From an uncultured Gemmatimonadales bacterium (lineage in GTDB: Bacteria; Gemmatimonadota; Gemmatimonadetes; Gemmatimonadales; GWC2-71-9), in NCBI GenBank assembly GCA_963728915.1, contig CAVSLV010000001.1, forward strand, positions 864,001-928,000: a DNA stretch of 64,000 nt, written 5' to 3'. Positions 28,220-38,641 of the stretch are shown piece after piece (within the stretch, counting starts at the first letter, position 1; every line of letters starts with the position of its first letter). The notes beneath the pieces are model-generated. The model was not told the origin of the DNA. It saw only the letters and a program-made list of their open reading frames with translations, and did not search any database. Position numbers and translations under genes: made by a program.

Positions 28220-28938
28220 ATCTTCCCGAAGATCGCCTGGAATCGGAGCCACCACACCATCCAGATCGCCTCCCGTACGATGGCCCGGTTCATCTTGCTC
28301 CGGCCCTCACTCCGGTCGGTGAACACGATCGGCACCTCCACCAGCCGGAAGCCCTTCCGGGTGGCCCGAAAGCTCATCTCGATCTGGAAGGCGTAGCCGT
28401 TGGAACGCACCTGCTCGAGAGGAATGGACGTCAGAACCTCCCGGCGAAAGCACTTGAACCCGGCGGTCAGGTCGGTGAGCTTGAGACCGGTGATCCAGCG
28501 GGCGTACTTGCTGGCAAACCAGGAAAGCAGGAGCCGCGACATCGGCCAGTTGATCACGTTGACCCCGGTCTGATAGCGCGAGCCGATTGCTACGTCGGCT
28601 CCGCCTCGGATAGCGGACACCAGGCTCCCCAGGTACTTCGGGTCGTGGGAGAAATCGGCGTCCATTTCGAAGAGGAGCTCATAGGCCTGCGCGAGGCCCC
28701 AGGCGAAGCCGGCGAGATAGGCCCGCCCGAGCCCCTCCTTCGCGGCGCGATGCAGGACGTGGATCCGCGGATTCCGCGCCGCGAACTCATCGGCCATCTT
28801 GCCGGTGCCGTCGGGCGAATTGTCATCCACGACCAGTACGTCGAGCCGGTCGTCCTGCGCCAGGATCTGGGGGAGGATCGCCGGGAGGTTTTCCCGTTCG
28901 TTGAAGGTCGGGAGAATGACGAGGAGCCGATCCGCCAC
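28216..28938 (-). CDS. Polyprenol monophosphomannose synthase-like GT2 (Dpm1/Ppm1 family)
   Basis: LPTFNEREN, VDDNSPDGTG, GLGRAY, MDADFSHDP, DLTAGFK and GYAFQIE. Confidence 0.9.
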   Translation of the reverse strand: MADRLLVILPTFNERENLPAILPQILAQDDRLDVLVVDDNSPDGTGKMADEFAARNPRIHVLHRAAKEGLGRAYLAGFAWGLAQAYELLFEMDADFSHDPKYLGSLVSAIRGGADVAIGSRYQTGVNVINWPMSRLLLSWFASKYARWITGLKLTDLTAGFKCFRREVLTSIPLEQVRSNGYAFQIEMSFRATRKGFRLVEVPIVFTDRSEGRSKMNRAIVREAIWMVWWLRFQAIFGKI

Positions 28939-31314
28939 TCAGGTACTCCTTCCCCTCCGAACCCAGGCAACACCGAACAGGCCGGCCACCCCAAGGAGAG
29001 AGAGAAGACTGATCAGGCGGCCTTTGCGATACGCGGCCGATCGGTATTCCAGCTCGACGACCTTCCCTCCCGGTGGCACCACCACGCTGAGCAGGGCGTA
29101 CTGACCCCGCACCACGGTCGCCCGGCGTTCATCGACCGTGGCCTGCCAGTCCTTGTACCAGTTCTCGGAAACGAGCAGGTACTGATCGCTCTCTGCCCTG
29201 CCGGTCAGCTCGATCCGCATCTTTCCAGGTTCCCACGAAGCAACCCTGGCCTGTACCGGCGATGGCCCCGGCACGGTGCTGTCGATGGGGACCGGGGTGA
29301 CCGAGGCGGTGTCCGGGAGGAGCACCACCCGCTGGACCGGGAACCGGGTATCCGGAATGGCAGCCCGGATCTGTTCTTCGGGGGCTTTCGCCGCGCCGGC
29401 CATCACCCGCGCATAGGGAGGCACCGCATCGGCCTCATAGAGATATGCGGTTCCTCCCGGCGTGATGGGGACCGGTCCGAGCACCTTGTGGAAGCCCGGG
29501 AGATTCGCCGAGTCGGCCAGAATCGCGAACCGGATCGCGTAGAGGCTCAGGATGTTCGGGCTGACCTGATGCTCCCAGTTCTCCTTCCCGCCCAGGAGCT
29601 CGTCGAAGAACCGGATCTCGTTGCCATGATAGCCGAAGAGCTGGGGAATCTCCCGCGCCATCAGCCAGGACCGCGGATACGGACCAAGCTGGCCGTAGGC
29701 GCCGGCGGGAACCCAGACGCGGTAGGGCGGCTCGACCTGGCGGATCCGGGTAGTGATCTGATCGTCGCCGTAGGTGATCCTCGCCGGGGGTGAGAACTCG
29801 AAGAATCGCCGGCCGACGATCCAGGCATCGGCCCACACGACTACCAGGAGCGCTCCGACGGCGAGCCTGCCGCTGATCTTCTGCCGGAGCACGCCGATCA
29901 TGATCCCGGTGCCGGCGGCGGCAATCAGCAACAGGCGGAGCCCATCCTCCCGGAGCGCCGAAGCGTTGGCGACCGCCAGCTGCATGAATCCAGGATTGCC
30001 GGTTCCCCGCGCGATTGCCTCGGCGACGCCCTGCATCCCGCCCGCCGCCGCCACGAGCCCGAAAAGGGCGATGATTCCGCCAGCGATGCCGAGGCGACGC
30101 AAAGTGGCGGTACCCCGGTAGAGTCGCTCTGCTCCCAGCGCGGCAAGGAAGGCCAGCGGCATGGCGACGAGAAAGAAGGCCTGCCCTGGCGCCCGCAGCC
30201 GGTTCGACATCGGGACCAGCTCGTACCAGATCCGGAACACCGGCGTGGCGCCGCCGAGAGAGATGAGGAGAAAGAAGATCCCGATCGTCCCAAATCCCCA
30301 CCGCGCGGTCCGGCGGTCGCGGCCCCGGAGCCCCAGAATCGAGAGCAGAATCATGGCCGGTCCCAGATACTCGGAGTGGAGTCGGCCGAAATTTCTTCCG
30401 AAGTAGGTGGGGGCCACCTGGCCGTACACCTTGGGTAACAGGGTGCCGAGCAGTTCTTCCGGAGGCAGCGAATAGGAGATCGCGTGCTCCCAGCCGGTAT
30501 TGAAGCCGCCTTCGGCCCGGGGAGAGAATGGCACATACTCGATCATCGGGAGGGCGTAAATCGCGTACAGCCCCACCCCGAGCAACACCGCCAGGGCGCT
30601 CCAGCCGACCACCGCGAACCGTTCCCGTCCCCGGGGCCCTTCGCTCCCGAAGAGCCAGAAGGCTCCCCAGATCCCCGCGGCGGTGAGCAGGTACTGGGCG
30701 GCCTGGGGGTGGCCCTGGAGCGCCAAGCCGGTGGTCAACGCCATGCTCGCATAACCCGCGAACTTCCGGTCCCGGATCGCCACCACCACCGCCGCGAACA
30801 GGAGCGGCGCAAGCGCCTCGACGAACAGCTTGCCGTCATGGCCCGGGTGGACCAGGGACGTAACGATCCCGGTCAGCTCGTAGGCCAATCCTCCGGTGAG
30901 CGCAGCGGCCCAGCCGAACCGGAGGATCTTGAGCAGCAGGTACATGCCGAAGCCGGCCAGGACGATGTGGAGGGCAAAGCCCAGGTTCATCGCCGTGTCG
31001 GTCGGCAGGATCCACCGCAGAGCCGCGGTAGGATAGAAAATGTCGCCGTGGGCGGCCCCCACGAACGGCAGGCCACCGAACAGATAGGGATTCCAGAGCG
31101 GGATCGAGCCGTGGGCCCGGAAGTAGTTCGCCCCGAACACCCGGAAGCTGTAGCCGGCGAGGTACTGGTCCGAGTAGGGCCCGGCCAGGAACTGGCCGGT
31201 CAGCATCGGCCAGCACAGGGTCAGTGCCGCCGCCACGAAGATGGCCAGCGCGATGACCCATCCCCGCCGCCCTTCGAATGTGTCGGACACTGGTTTCCCG
31301 ACCGACTCAGTCAC
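28939..31314 (-). CDS. YfhO-family multi-pass membrane glycosyltransferase (GT-C-like)
   Basis: PLWNPYLFGGLPF, FYP, many TM helices, and a C-terminal LLVSENWYKDWQATVD...VELEY followed by a TM helix. Confidence 0.8.
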   Translation of the reverse strand: MTESVGKPVSDTFEGRRGWVIALAIFVAAALTLCWPMLTGQFLAGPYSDQYLAGYSFRVFGANYFRAHGSIPLWNPYLFGGLPFVGAAHGDIFYPTAALRWILPTDTAMNLGFALHIVLAGFGMYLLLKILRFGWAAALTGGLAYELTGIVTSLVHPGHDGKLFVEALAPLLFAAVVVAIRDRKFAGYASMALTTGLALQGHPQAAQYLLTAAGIWGAFWLFGSEGPRGRERFAVVGWSALAVLLGVGLYAIYALPMIEYVPFSPRAEGGFNTGWEHAISYSLPPEELLGTLLPKVYGQVAPTYFGRNFGRLHSEYLGPAMILLSILGLRGRDRRTARWGFGTIGIFFLLISLGGATPVFRIWYELVPMSNRLRAPGQAFFLVAMPLAFLAALGAERLYRGTATLRRLGIAGGIIALFGLVAAAGGMQGVAEAIARGTGNPGFMQLAVANASALREDGLRLLLIAAAGTGIMIGVLRQKISGRLAVGALLVVVWADAWIVGRRFFEFSPPARITYGDDQITTRIRQVEPPYRVWVPAGAYGQLGPYPRSWLMAREIPQLFGYHGNEIRFFDELLGGKENWEHQVSPNILSLYAIRFAILADSANLPGFHKVLGPVPITPGGTAYLYEADAVPPYARVMAGAAKAPEEQIRAAIPDTRFPVQRVVLLPDTASVTPVPIDSTVPGPSPVQARVASWEPGKMRIELTGRAESDQYLLVSENWYKDWQATVDERRATVVRGQYALLSVVVPPGGKVVELEYRSAAYRKGRLISLLSLLGVAGLFGVAWVRRGRST

Positions 31315-31317
31315 TGA

Positions 31318-32245
31318 TCACCGTCCTGCCCGTCGAAGAAAGAACGGGGTGGCCGCCACCAGATCCGCCACCGTCATCCCGATCCGCGAGATCCCCGCGA
31401 GCACCAGGGCATTCGCGGCCCCGATCCGGTCCTGGACCATCCAGACAAAGACTCCCTCCCGGACCCCCAGCCCCCCAGGGGCGAGGAGAAACAACAGGCC
31501 CGCAATGTAAGATCCTGCGAAGCTGCCAACCGCATCGCCCAGCGGAAGCTCGGCACCGGGGAGGGTTCCCCGGGCCAGGAGCCAGAGCGCCACGCCATAG
31601 CCGATCCAGGCCACCAGGTTGGCGACGATTCCGAATCCGACCGCACCGGGCCGCGGACTAACCCGCTGGTCGGGAGGATGGCCCAGCCTCCGCAGGAGGA
31701 TCCCGGCGAGCGGTGGAGACATGACCACCACAAGCGCCACCAGACTCGCCCCCAGCACCATTACGAGAGCCAGGCGGCTTCCGGGCCGGTGGGACTCCAG
31801 CACCGCAACCCCCGAGCTCCCGACCAGCAGCGCGCCGGTGCCGATCGAGACCACCTGGAGGAGGATGGCGGACGCGGTCGCGGTTCCCGGCGGAGATTCC
31901 CCGGCGTTCGGCGAGGACCGCCATTCCCGCGATCGCCCAGACTTTGCCGGGAAGGTACTTGCCCATGCTGGAGATCACCCAGATTCGGGCCGCATCCAGA
32001 TAACCCAGCCGGGAACCCCACCCGGCCAGCATCCGGCGCCACGACTCGACCAGCAGGGCATAGGTCAGGAGCACAAGGACGAGACTGAGCACCACCAGCG
32101 GGACCGAGAGCCGCCACACGACCGGCTCGGCGCGGATGTTCTCCCAGTTGCGAACCAGGTGACGGATGACGAATCCGATGATCGCGATTCCCGCGATCGC
32201 CTGCATCCACCGCCACCACCGGCTATCGAGCCAGGGCCTCGGCAT
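31318..32245 (-). CDS. UPF0104 / lysylphosphatidylglycerol-synthase-TM flippase-like protein; frameshift near 31887
   Basis: N-half has W...L and GKYLPGKVW. C-half has APGGLGVREG and ISR. The halves join by removing one base at 31886-31888. Confidence 0.8.
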
Positions 32246-33378
32246 ACCATCCTTCGAATCGTTGGGCCACCGGATCGGGAGCCAACTCCTCCCTCCAGCG
32301 GGTCCCCGCAGTGCGGGCCCGTTCCCGTGCAGTCGGCCGATTCCGCACTCCGAATGGCCTCGGCCAGTCCCTGCGCGGTTGGGTCCGCGATCAGACCGCC
32401 CCCGAAACGCTCCAGGGCGGACACGATCCCGCCTCCATCGGTACAGGCCACCACTGGAATTCCCATCATCAACGCTTCGATCGCCGCGAGTCCGAAGCCC
32501 TCCTGTTCCGCCGGAAAGAGCAGGACGTCGGCCGTCTCGAGTTGGGCGATCACCTCGGGGCGGGAGCGAGACCCGAGCAAGCGAACTTCGATGCCCGGAT
32601 TGCCGGCGCTCTCCCGTTCCAGCGCGCGGCGCTCGGGGCCGTCCCCGATGATGGTGAGGGGCCGCCGGAGGCCGCCGGCCGCGAGCGCGCTGGCCGCCTG
32701 AATCGCCAGGTGAACTCGCTTCTGCCCGGTCAGCCGCCCGACCAGCAGAAGCCCCCCACCTCCCCTGCTCCATGGCCATCCCGCCGTTTCGACCGGCATC
32801 GGTTGGACGTGTCCGGTCACACCGGTCCGGCCCGAGATCCCTTCCGCAGTCCGGGCCAGCTCGGGGGACACCGCGGTCACCACGGCCGCGCGACGGAGCA
32901 CCCGGGCGCCGAGCCAGCGGGTTATGGGGTTTCGAATGAGGATCCGGCCGTCGGTCCCGTGCAGCGTCACCACGCCGGGCAGCTCCGGAGGCGAGGCCAG
33001 GCCGGCGGGGAGCCACCAATGGGCATGGACCACGACGGGCGGTCGGGCAGACGGGCCGAGGGGCAGAAGCTCCGCGCGAACGCCGGCTCGCATGGCCCGG
33101 AGCAGGCCCCAAAGCGCGAGCCACCCGGCCGGCGATCGCATCGCCTGCTGCATCCTCCCGGTATACGCCAGCGTCTCCGCGCCGGGCGAGGCGTAGCGAA
33201 CCCGCCGGACCGGAATCCCGTCCAGCAGGTCCCGCCCTCCCTTGCCGCGGTCGGCCGGCGCCACGACGCGGACATCGTGGCCGCGGCGCTGGAGCGCCTG
33301 GGCCAGCGGATGGAGAAACGACCCAGGCAGGTCGCCCGGGAAACGGGGATAGTTATGGGTGAGGAAAACGACAATCAC
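32223..33378 (-). CDS. Glycosyltransferase family 4; frameshift near 32335
   Basis: THNYPR, HAHWW, TLHGTD, GRL..QK, GDGPER and the EX7E motif EGFGLAAIE. A plausible C-terminal helix (ARERARTAGTRWREELAPDPVAQRFEGWYAEALAR*) lies in the next frame. Confidence 0.85.
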
Positions 33379-34355
33379 GCCCGCTGGTCGACTTTGCGAG
33401 CCAGCTCGCGCATCTCTTCCCGGAATCCGGCAATGAGCTCGCCGACGAATCCGAAACCGAACAGCGCGATGCCGCTGATCACCATGGTCTCCACGAGATT
33501 GAGGAACGGGCGGAACCCGATCCCGAATCCGAACCGGAGCACCAGAGCGACGATGCCCGCCAGCAGTCCGACCGTGAACAGGACCGCGCCAAGCAGGCCG
33601 AAAAAGAGCATCGGCTTGCGGCCGAACTTGAGCTGAAACCAGACCGACACGAGATCGAGGACCCCGACCGGGATGCGGCGCCAGGAGAACTTCGAAACAC
33701 CGGCGTGGCGGGGATAGACCGGAACCGGATGGGAAGTCAGGCGCCATCCATCGGCCGCTGCGATCACCACCATATAGCGATGCCACTCCGGCCGAAGCGG
33801 GGCACCCTGGAGCACATCGCGCCGCCAGGCTTTCACCGAATTCAGGTCTTCCACCTGGACCCCGAACAACCGTCGGCAGAGCCGGTTGTAGATCCCGCTG
33901 ACGAAAGCCTTCTCGTACTTGCCCTGCTTGGTGCCGGTCACGATGTCGGCCTGATCGGCCAGAATCGGGGCCACCAGCCCCGGGATGTCGGAGGGGAGGT
34001 ACTGGAGATCGGCGGGATAGAAGACCAGGACCGACCCGGTCGCGATGTCCGCCCCGGTGGCCAGGGCATCGGCGATGCCCCTGCCCCGCCGATGACTGGC
34101 ACTCTTCAGAAACGGATGCTGCCGCTCGAGCTCCGCGAGAACGGAGGCGGTGGCGTCGCGCGATCCATCGTCCACCACCACGACCTCGAACGTGAATGGC
34201 GCGGGCGTCAGCGCCTCGCCGCAGAGCTGGATGAATCGGGGCAGATTCTCGGCTTCATCCCGCGCAGGCACCAGGATGCTGACTTGGGGAGCAGCTCCCA
34301 CCTGCATCAGTTCCTGTCCGCCGGTCCGCCGGTCCGCCGGTCCGCCTGAGCTCAT
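33375..34355 (-). CDS. ArnC/GtrB-like GT2 with two C-terminal TM helices (alternative start 34307)
   Basis: VPARDE, VVVDDGSRD, ADLQY, HRY, R.AG.SKF and KPMLFFG. The ATG overlaps the rpoN stop. Confidence 0.87.
   Translation of the reverse strand: MSSGGPADRRTGGQELMQVGAAPQVSILVPARDEAENLPRFIQLCGEALTPAPFTFEVVVVDDGSRDATASVLAELERQHPFLKSASHRRGRGIADALATGADIATGSVLVFYPADLQYLPSDIPGLVAPILADQADIVTGTKQGKYEKAFVSGIYNRLCRRLFGVQVEDLNSVKAWRRDVLQGAPLRPEWHRYMVVIAAADGWRLTSHPVPVYPRHAGVSKFSWRRIPVGVLDLVSVWFQLKFGRKPMLFFGLLGAVLFTVGLLAGIVALVLRFGFGIGFRPFLNLVETMVISGIALFGFGFVGELIAGFREEMRELARKVDQRA
34315..34346 (-). repeat. Tandem octamer repeat (GGCGGACC x3, then GGCGGACA)
   Basis: TGTCCGCC GGTCCGCC GGTCCGCC GGTCCGCC on the + strand. 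Confidence 0.85.
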
Positions 34356-35977
34356 ACCCGCTTGCGCATCCGGGCCGGGAGAATGCCGAGCTGATCCCGG
34401 TATTTCGCCACGGTCCGGCGGGCAATCTGAATCCCCTGCTCCTGGAAGAGATGAACGATCTGCTGATCGGTGAGCGGTTTTCCGGGATCCTCCTCCTGCA
34501 CCATCTTCTGGAGCTTGGCCCGGATCGACCGCGCGCTGGCATCCTCCCCCGAGGCCGTGGTGAGCGCGCTCGAGAAGAAGAATTTGAGGGGAAGAACGCC
34601 GCGAGGGGTCTGCACGTACTTCTCGTTGGTCACTCGGCTCACGGTCGATTCATGCATGCTGATGACTTCCGCGACCTCCCGCAAGGTCAGCGGCTTCAGG
34701 TACTCGACTCCCTTCTCGAAGAAGGCCCGCTGCCGGTCCACGATGAAGTTCATCACCTTGAGCATGGTCTGGCGGCGCTGTTCGATCGCCTGGATCATCC
34801 AGTTCGCGCTGTTCAGCTTGCTGGCGATGAATTCCCGGTTTTCCGGGGTGAGCTTCTTCTTGTCGCGGGCGATCTCCTGATAGCTCCGGCTCAATCGAAG
34901 CCTTGGCACGCCCGAATCGTTCAAGCTGACGTGATACTTCCCATCCACCTTCTCCACGATCAGATCCGGGATGATGTAGCCGTCACTCCGGTTGGCGTAC
35001 TTGAGCCCCGGCTTGGGATCGAATCGGGAGAGGCTGTCCCCCGCCGCCTGCACCTGGGCCGGCTCCACCCCGAACCGCTTGGCCAGCTCGTTCCAGCGAT
35101 GGGCAATGAGATCGGGAAACGCCTCCGAAACGAGGCGGTACGCCAGCGACTCGGTGTCGGCGCTCTCCCGTAATTGCAGCAGGAGACACTCCCGCAGGTC
35201 CCTGGCGCCGATCCCAGGAGGGTCGAGCTTCTGGACCACGCCAAGCATCCCCTCGACCTCTTCGGGGCTGTAGTAGGGAACCCCGGGAACGCCTCCTTTG
35301 GGCTCCGGGTGGGGAGCTTCCGGGATATCGGATTCGGGGTCGTTCGATCCGGATTCGGGCAGCCCGATCCAGGTGGCATCGGGAGAAAGCCCGGCAAGAG
35401 CCGCCTGAGTCGGTTGTTCCGTCTCCTGCATTTCCGGCGCCTCCTCGCCTTCCTCTTCCTCGCCGCCGGGGAGGCGGTTTTCCAGGAGCAGGTTCACCGA
35501 GTTGCGGATTTCTTCCAGACTCGCGCTCAGGTACCCTTCATCGGTGATGTTCCCTATGAATTCCTCGCCGAGGAGCTGCTCGCGAGGACTCAGGTGCATC
35601 ATCTGGAGCTGTTCCCGAAGATGGTCCGAGAGGTCGTGGCGCTGGACCGAGACCGGCTCGAGGTACTCCTGCTCCTCGTATTGCTGGCGTGAGCCACCGG
35701 CATCGAACCCGTTGAGCAGGATCTCTTCCCAATCGATCTCCTCTTCCTTCTCCTGCTTCTCTTTTTCCTTCTCTTTTTCCTTCTCCTGAGTCTCCTGCTC
35801 CCGATCCTCTTCTTCGGGTTCCAGAAGCTCGAGGAACGGGTTCACCAGGAGCTCCTGTTTGAGGTGCTGCTGGAGATCCATCATCGGCATGTACAGCATG
35901 TCCATGGCCTGGTACAGCCGTGGATTGATCCGCTGCTCCTGCCGGAGCCCGGTCTGCTGGGTGAGTCCGGTTCTCAT
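34352..35977 (-). CDS. rpoN: RNA polymerase sigma-54 factor
   Basis: NPFLE, PPGIGARDLRECLLLQL, MHESTVSR and the RpoN box ARRTVAKYR. Confidence 0.97.
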   Translation of the reverse strand: MRTGLTQQTGLRQEQRINPRLYQAMDMLYMPMMDLQQHLKQELLVNPFLELLEPEEEDREQETQEKEKEKEKEKQEKEEEIDWEEILLNGFDAGGSRQQYEEQEYLEPVSVQRHDLSDHLREQLQMMHLSPREQLLGEEFIGNITDEGYLSASLEEIRNSVNLLLENRLPGGEEEEGEEAPEMQETEQPTQAALAGLSPDATWIGLPESGSNDPESDIPEAPHPEPKGGVPGVPYYSPEEVEGMLGVVQKLDPPGIGARDLRECLLLQLRESADTESLAYRLVSEAFPDLIAHRWNELAKRFGVEPAQVQAAGDSLSRFDPKPGLKYANRSDGYIIPDLIVEKVDGKYHVSLNDSGVPRLRLSRSYQEIARDKKKLTPENREFIASKLNSANWMIQAIEQRRQTMLKVMNFIVDRQRAFFEKGVEYLKPLTLREVAEVISMHESTVSRVTNEKYVQTPRGVLPLKFFFSSALTTASGEDASARSIRAKLQKMVQEEDPGKPLTDQQIVHLFQEQGIQIARRTVAKYRDQLGILPARMRKRV

Positions 35978-36750
35978 GGGACCGGCTCCATCCGTTGGCG
36001 AAGCCGAGCGGTCATGGTGGGCCCGAGATAGAGCTCGGCGACCTGCTCGTTGTAGACCAGCTCACGGACTGAGCCCGCGGCGCGAACTTCACCCTCGTAC
36101 ATGATGTAGGCCCGGTCGACCACCTCGAACATGTGCTCGACGCTGTGGTCGGTGATGAGGACCCCGATCCCTCGATGCCGGAGACCCGCCACGATGGTCT
36201 GGATGTCGTGCACCGCTATAGGGTCCACCCCGGCAAAAGGCTCGTCGAGAAGCATGAACTTGGGTTCGGTCCCCAGGGCCCGGGTAATCTCGAGTCGCCG
36301 CCGCTCCCCCCCGGAGAGGGAGTAGGCCTTGGCGCCGCGCAGGTGCTTGATCCCCAGCTCATCGAGCAGGAGCTCGAGCCGGTCGCGTCGCTCCGAGCGG
36401 GACAGCGGAAGGGTTTCGAGAATCGCGAGCACGTTGTTCTCGACGGTCATCCGGCGGAACACCGAAGGTTCCTGCGCGAGGTAGCCGATGCCCGCCCGCG
36501 CCCGGCGATACATCGGATCCTTGGTGATATCCCGTCCGTCCAGCTCGATCCGGCCGGCGTCGGGCCGGATCAGCCCGGTGATCAGATAGAACGTGGTCGT
36601 CTTGCCGGCGCCGTTGGGACCCAGCAGCCCGACGATTTCTCCCTGCGAAAGCTCGAGCGCGACGTCCTTCACCACCATGCGCCGCTTGAAGGACTTGTGC
36701 AGTCCCGTGGCGCGCAGCCGCCCTGGCCCGGAGCCATTCCCGGCGGCCAT
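35974..36750 (-). CDS. lptB: LPS export ABC transporter ATPase
   Basis: GPNGAGKTT, YLAQEPSVFR, LSGGERRRLEITRAL, LDEPFAGVDP and LITDH. Confidence 0.95.
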   Translation of the reverse strand: MAAGNGSGPGRLRATGLHKSFKRRMVVKDVALELSQGEIVGLLGPNGAGKTTTFYLITGLIRPDAGRIELDGRDITKDPMYRRARAGIGYLAQEPSVFRRMTVENNVLAILETLPLSRSERRDRLELLLDELGIKHLRGAKAYSLSGGERRRLEITRALGTEPKFMLLDEPFAGVDPIAVHDIQTIVAGLRHRGIGVLITDHSVEHMFEVVDRAYIMYEGEVRAAGSVRELVYNEQVAELYLGPTMTARLRQRMEPVP

Positions 36751-38090
36751 CAGGGACGTTTCGGGGTGGGCCGGATTCGGAGCGAATCCGGAAGCCCGGC
36801 AGAGGGTTCGAGCTGCACTCCATACACGTTGCCCACCATCTGGACCCGATCGACTTTCACCGAGTCCCCGGGGGCCATCGTGAGAACGATCCGGTCGGCC
36901 TTGGAGTAATTGAGCGAGGGTAGCCCGCCCGGAACGTTGGGATCCGCCACCCGGTAGAACGCCGCGGCGGACTGGCGCGCCTCGAGCCGCTGGATCGCCG
37001 CTTTCTTCTGCCCGGCCTGGTCCCCGGACAACGTGACGAATTCGGCGCGAATGCTGTCGCCCGCGAGCCAGTCGCGCTCGCCTTTCACCGTGTCGGGCCG
37101 GAACCCGACCCAGGCATTCCCGAAGCTCCGGAATTCCTTGAGGACCTCCTCCGGCGTGTCCACGGCGAGCGAATCTCCCTTGAGCTGGTAGTCGCTGGTG
37201 AGGGCCACCGGGGTTGGATCCTTGCCCCATGCGAGCGTTTGGATGACTCTTCGCGCCTCGAGCTGGAGCCGGATCATCCCCGCCTGAAGATCGAGGTCGC
37301 GGCTGGTCGCGGTGGCGCTGTCTCTCCCGGTGATCGAGGTCAGCTCGCGATTGACCATCGCCAGGTCGATCCTTCTCCCCCGCAGCGCAAAGCTGTCCTC
37401 GGCCATGCGCTCGATCGACGCATGGCCCAGCAGGATGCCGCTGCCCTCCTTGCCGGTGATGAGGCTCAGGGAATCGCTCCGGCCGCGCAGATCGCTGCGA
37501 TCGATGGTGACCTGGCCCCCTGCCCACATCAGCGTCTGGCCCTTGAGTCGCAGGTGATCCCCGTTGACGATGTACGGTTCGGTGGCCCCGCTGCTGTCGT
37601 TGACCGGCAGGGTGAGCTTGGGCCGCTGGTCGGCAAAGACTTCCTCGAGCTCCCGGACTCCACCGGCCTTCCGGTAATAGTCCACCGCGGGCCCTTCCAG
37701 CCGGGAACCGTCGCCGAGGTTCAAGTAGACCACGTGGCCGCGCGCTTCCCACTTCTCCTGCGCCTTGATGTAGGTGCCGAATTCGGCCGTGACTTTCGCG
37801 GTCTGGTCCTCATAGCGAAAATTCCCGATGAACTGCACCACGAGTCCCTGGTAGGACGCGATGCTGTCGGTCCACATCCGGACGCTCTGTCCCCGACACC
37901 GAAGCCGGATGTCTCCTCCCGCAAACAGGTTCTCGCTGGTGGGAGTCACCTGGGTTCGCACCGCCTGGCGTCCGACGTGAAGGACTTCCAGTCGGCAGGG
38001 CTGCTGGGCGAGGACCCTCGAGGTCCCCAGCAGGACCAGGAGCGGACCGGCCAGCATGAGCCTGCCCTGCCTGGCAGCCGCCGGTCTCAC
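36750..38090 (-). CDS. Long LptA/OstA-like periplasmic beta-jellyroll protein
   Basis: Signal peptide, and beta-strand repeats of the 'L.GD.I / ADRI.L' type. Located between lptC and lptB. Confidence 0.65.
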   Translation of the reverse strand: MRPAAARQGRLMLAGPLLVLLGTSRVLAQQPCRLEVLHVGRQAVRTQVTPTSENLFAGGDIRLRCRGQSVRMWTDSIASYQGLVVQFIGNFRYEDQTAKVTAEFGTYIKAQEKWEARGHVVYLNLGDGSRLEGPAVDYYRKAGGVRELEEVFADQRPKLTLPVNDSSGATEPYIVNGDHLRLKGQTLMWAGGQVTIDRSDLRGRSDSLSLITGKEGSGILLGHASIERMAEDSFALRGRRIDLAMVNRELTSITGRDSATATSRDLDLQAGMIRLQLEARRVIQTLAWGKDPTPVALTSDYQLKGDSLAVDTPEEVLKEFRSFGNAWVGFRPDTVKGERDWLAGDSIRAEFVTLSGDQAGQKKAAIQRLEARQSAAAFYRVADPNVPGGLPSLNYSKADRIVLTMAPGDSVKVDRVQMVGNVYGVQLEPSAGLPDSLRIRPTPKRP

Positions 38091-38641
38091 CGTCCGGGCC
38101 CCGGCAACAGAATGCCCTTCCCTTTCTGGAAGCCCCGCGGCTCGTCGATCGAGAGGTTCCGGAACTCGATGTCGGAGCGGAACGATTTTCCGCTGCCCAC
38201 CTCGGATCCGGATTCATAGGTGAAGGTCGTGTCGCTCTCGACCCGGTTGGAAGTCTTGTCGTAAACCAGGTGCGTGGTCCGAAGCCGGCGGCCATCGGTC
38301 GTCACGACCTCGACGTTTCCCCGAGCATCGAGCTTTCCGCTCAGGGCGTAGTAGTAGGCTTGATCGGCGGTCAGGGTGCTCTTCTCGGTGCCCTTGTCCA
38401 GCATCCTGATCTTGAGGTGCCTCAAGTCCATGAGCTGCTGATTCTGGTAGAGATAGGCGGTATCGGCCTCCACATAGCTCTGCAGGACACCTTTGTTGGT
38501 GAGTTGGGTCACCATCCTGATCATGACCTGGTCCGCGGAGTCGGCCCGTTCCCCCCGGTCGGCAGGAGTGACGCCGGTCTCGGAGCAGGCGGCCGACCCG
38601 GCCAGCGACAGGAAGACCCCGAACCACGACACCCGGGTCAT
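38087..38641 (-). CDS. lptC: LPS export periplasmic protein LptC (lipoprotein-like N-terminus)
   Basis: LTADQA.Y, ARGNVEV, LRTTHLVYD and VESD. Position kdsA-lptC-lptA-lptB. Confidence 0.8.
   Translation of the reverse strand: MTRVSWFGVFLSLAGSAACSETGVTPADRGERADSADQVMIRMVTQLTNKGVLQSYVEADTAYLYQNQQLMDLRHLKIRMLDKGTEKSTLTADQAYYYALSGKLDARGNVEVVTTDGRRLRTTHLVYDKTSNRVESDTTFTYESGSEVGSGKSFRSDIEFRNLSIDEPRGFQKGKGILLPGPGR

Noticed and set aside
26282..28255. 657-aa DapF-serine hydrolase fusion in the ORF track
   Set aside because: The real DapF C-terminus and stop (27405) are in the adjacent frame, and the hydrolase has its own ATG and lipoprotein signal. The fusion comes from one missing G at about 27475.
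32223..33378. GT4 as bshA, the partner of bshC
   Set aside because: It lacks the BshA-type N-terminal YP..GGSG motif and lies in a surface-glycosylation cluster. The shared TLHGTD motif alone is insufficient.
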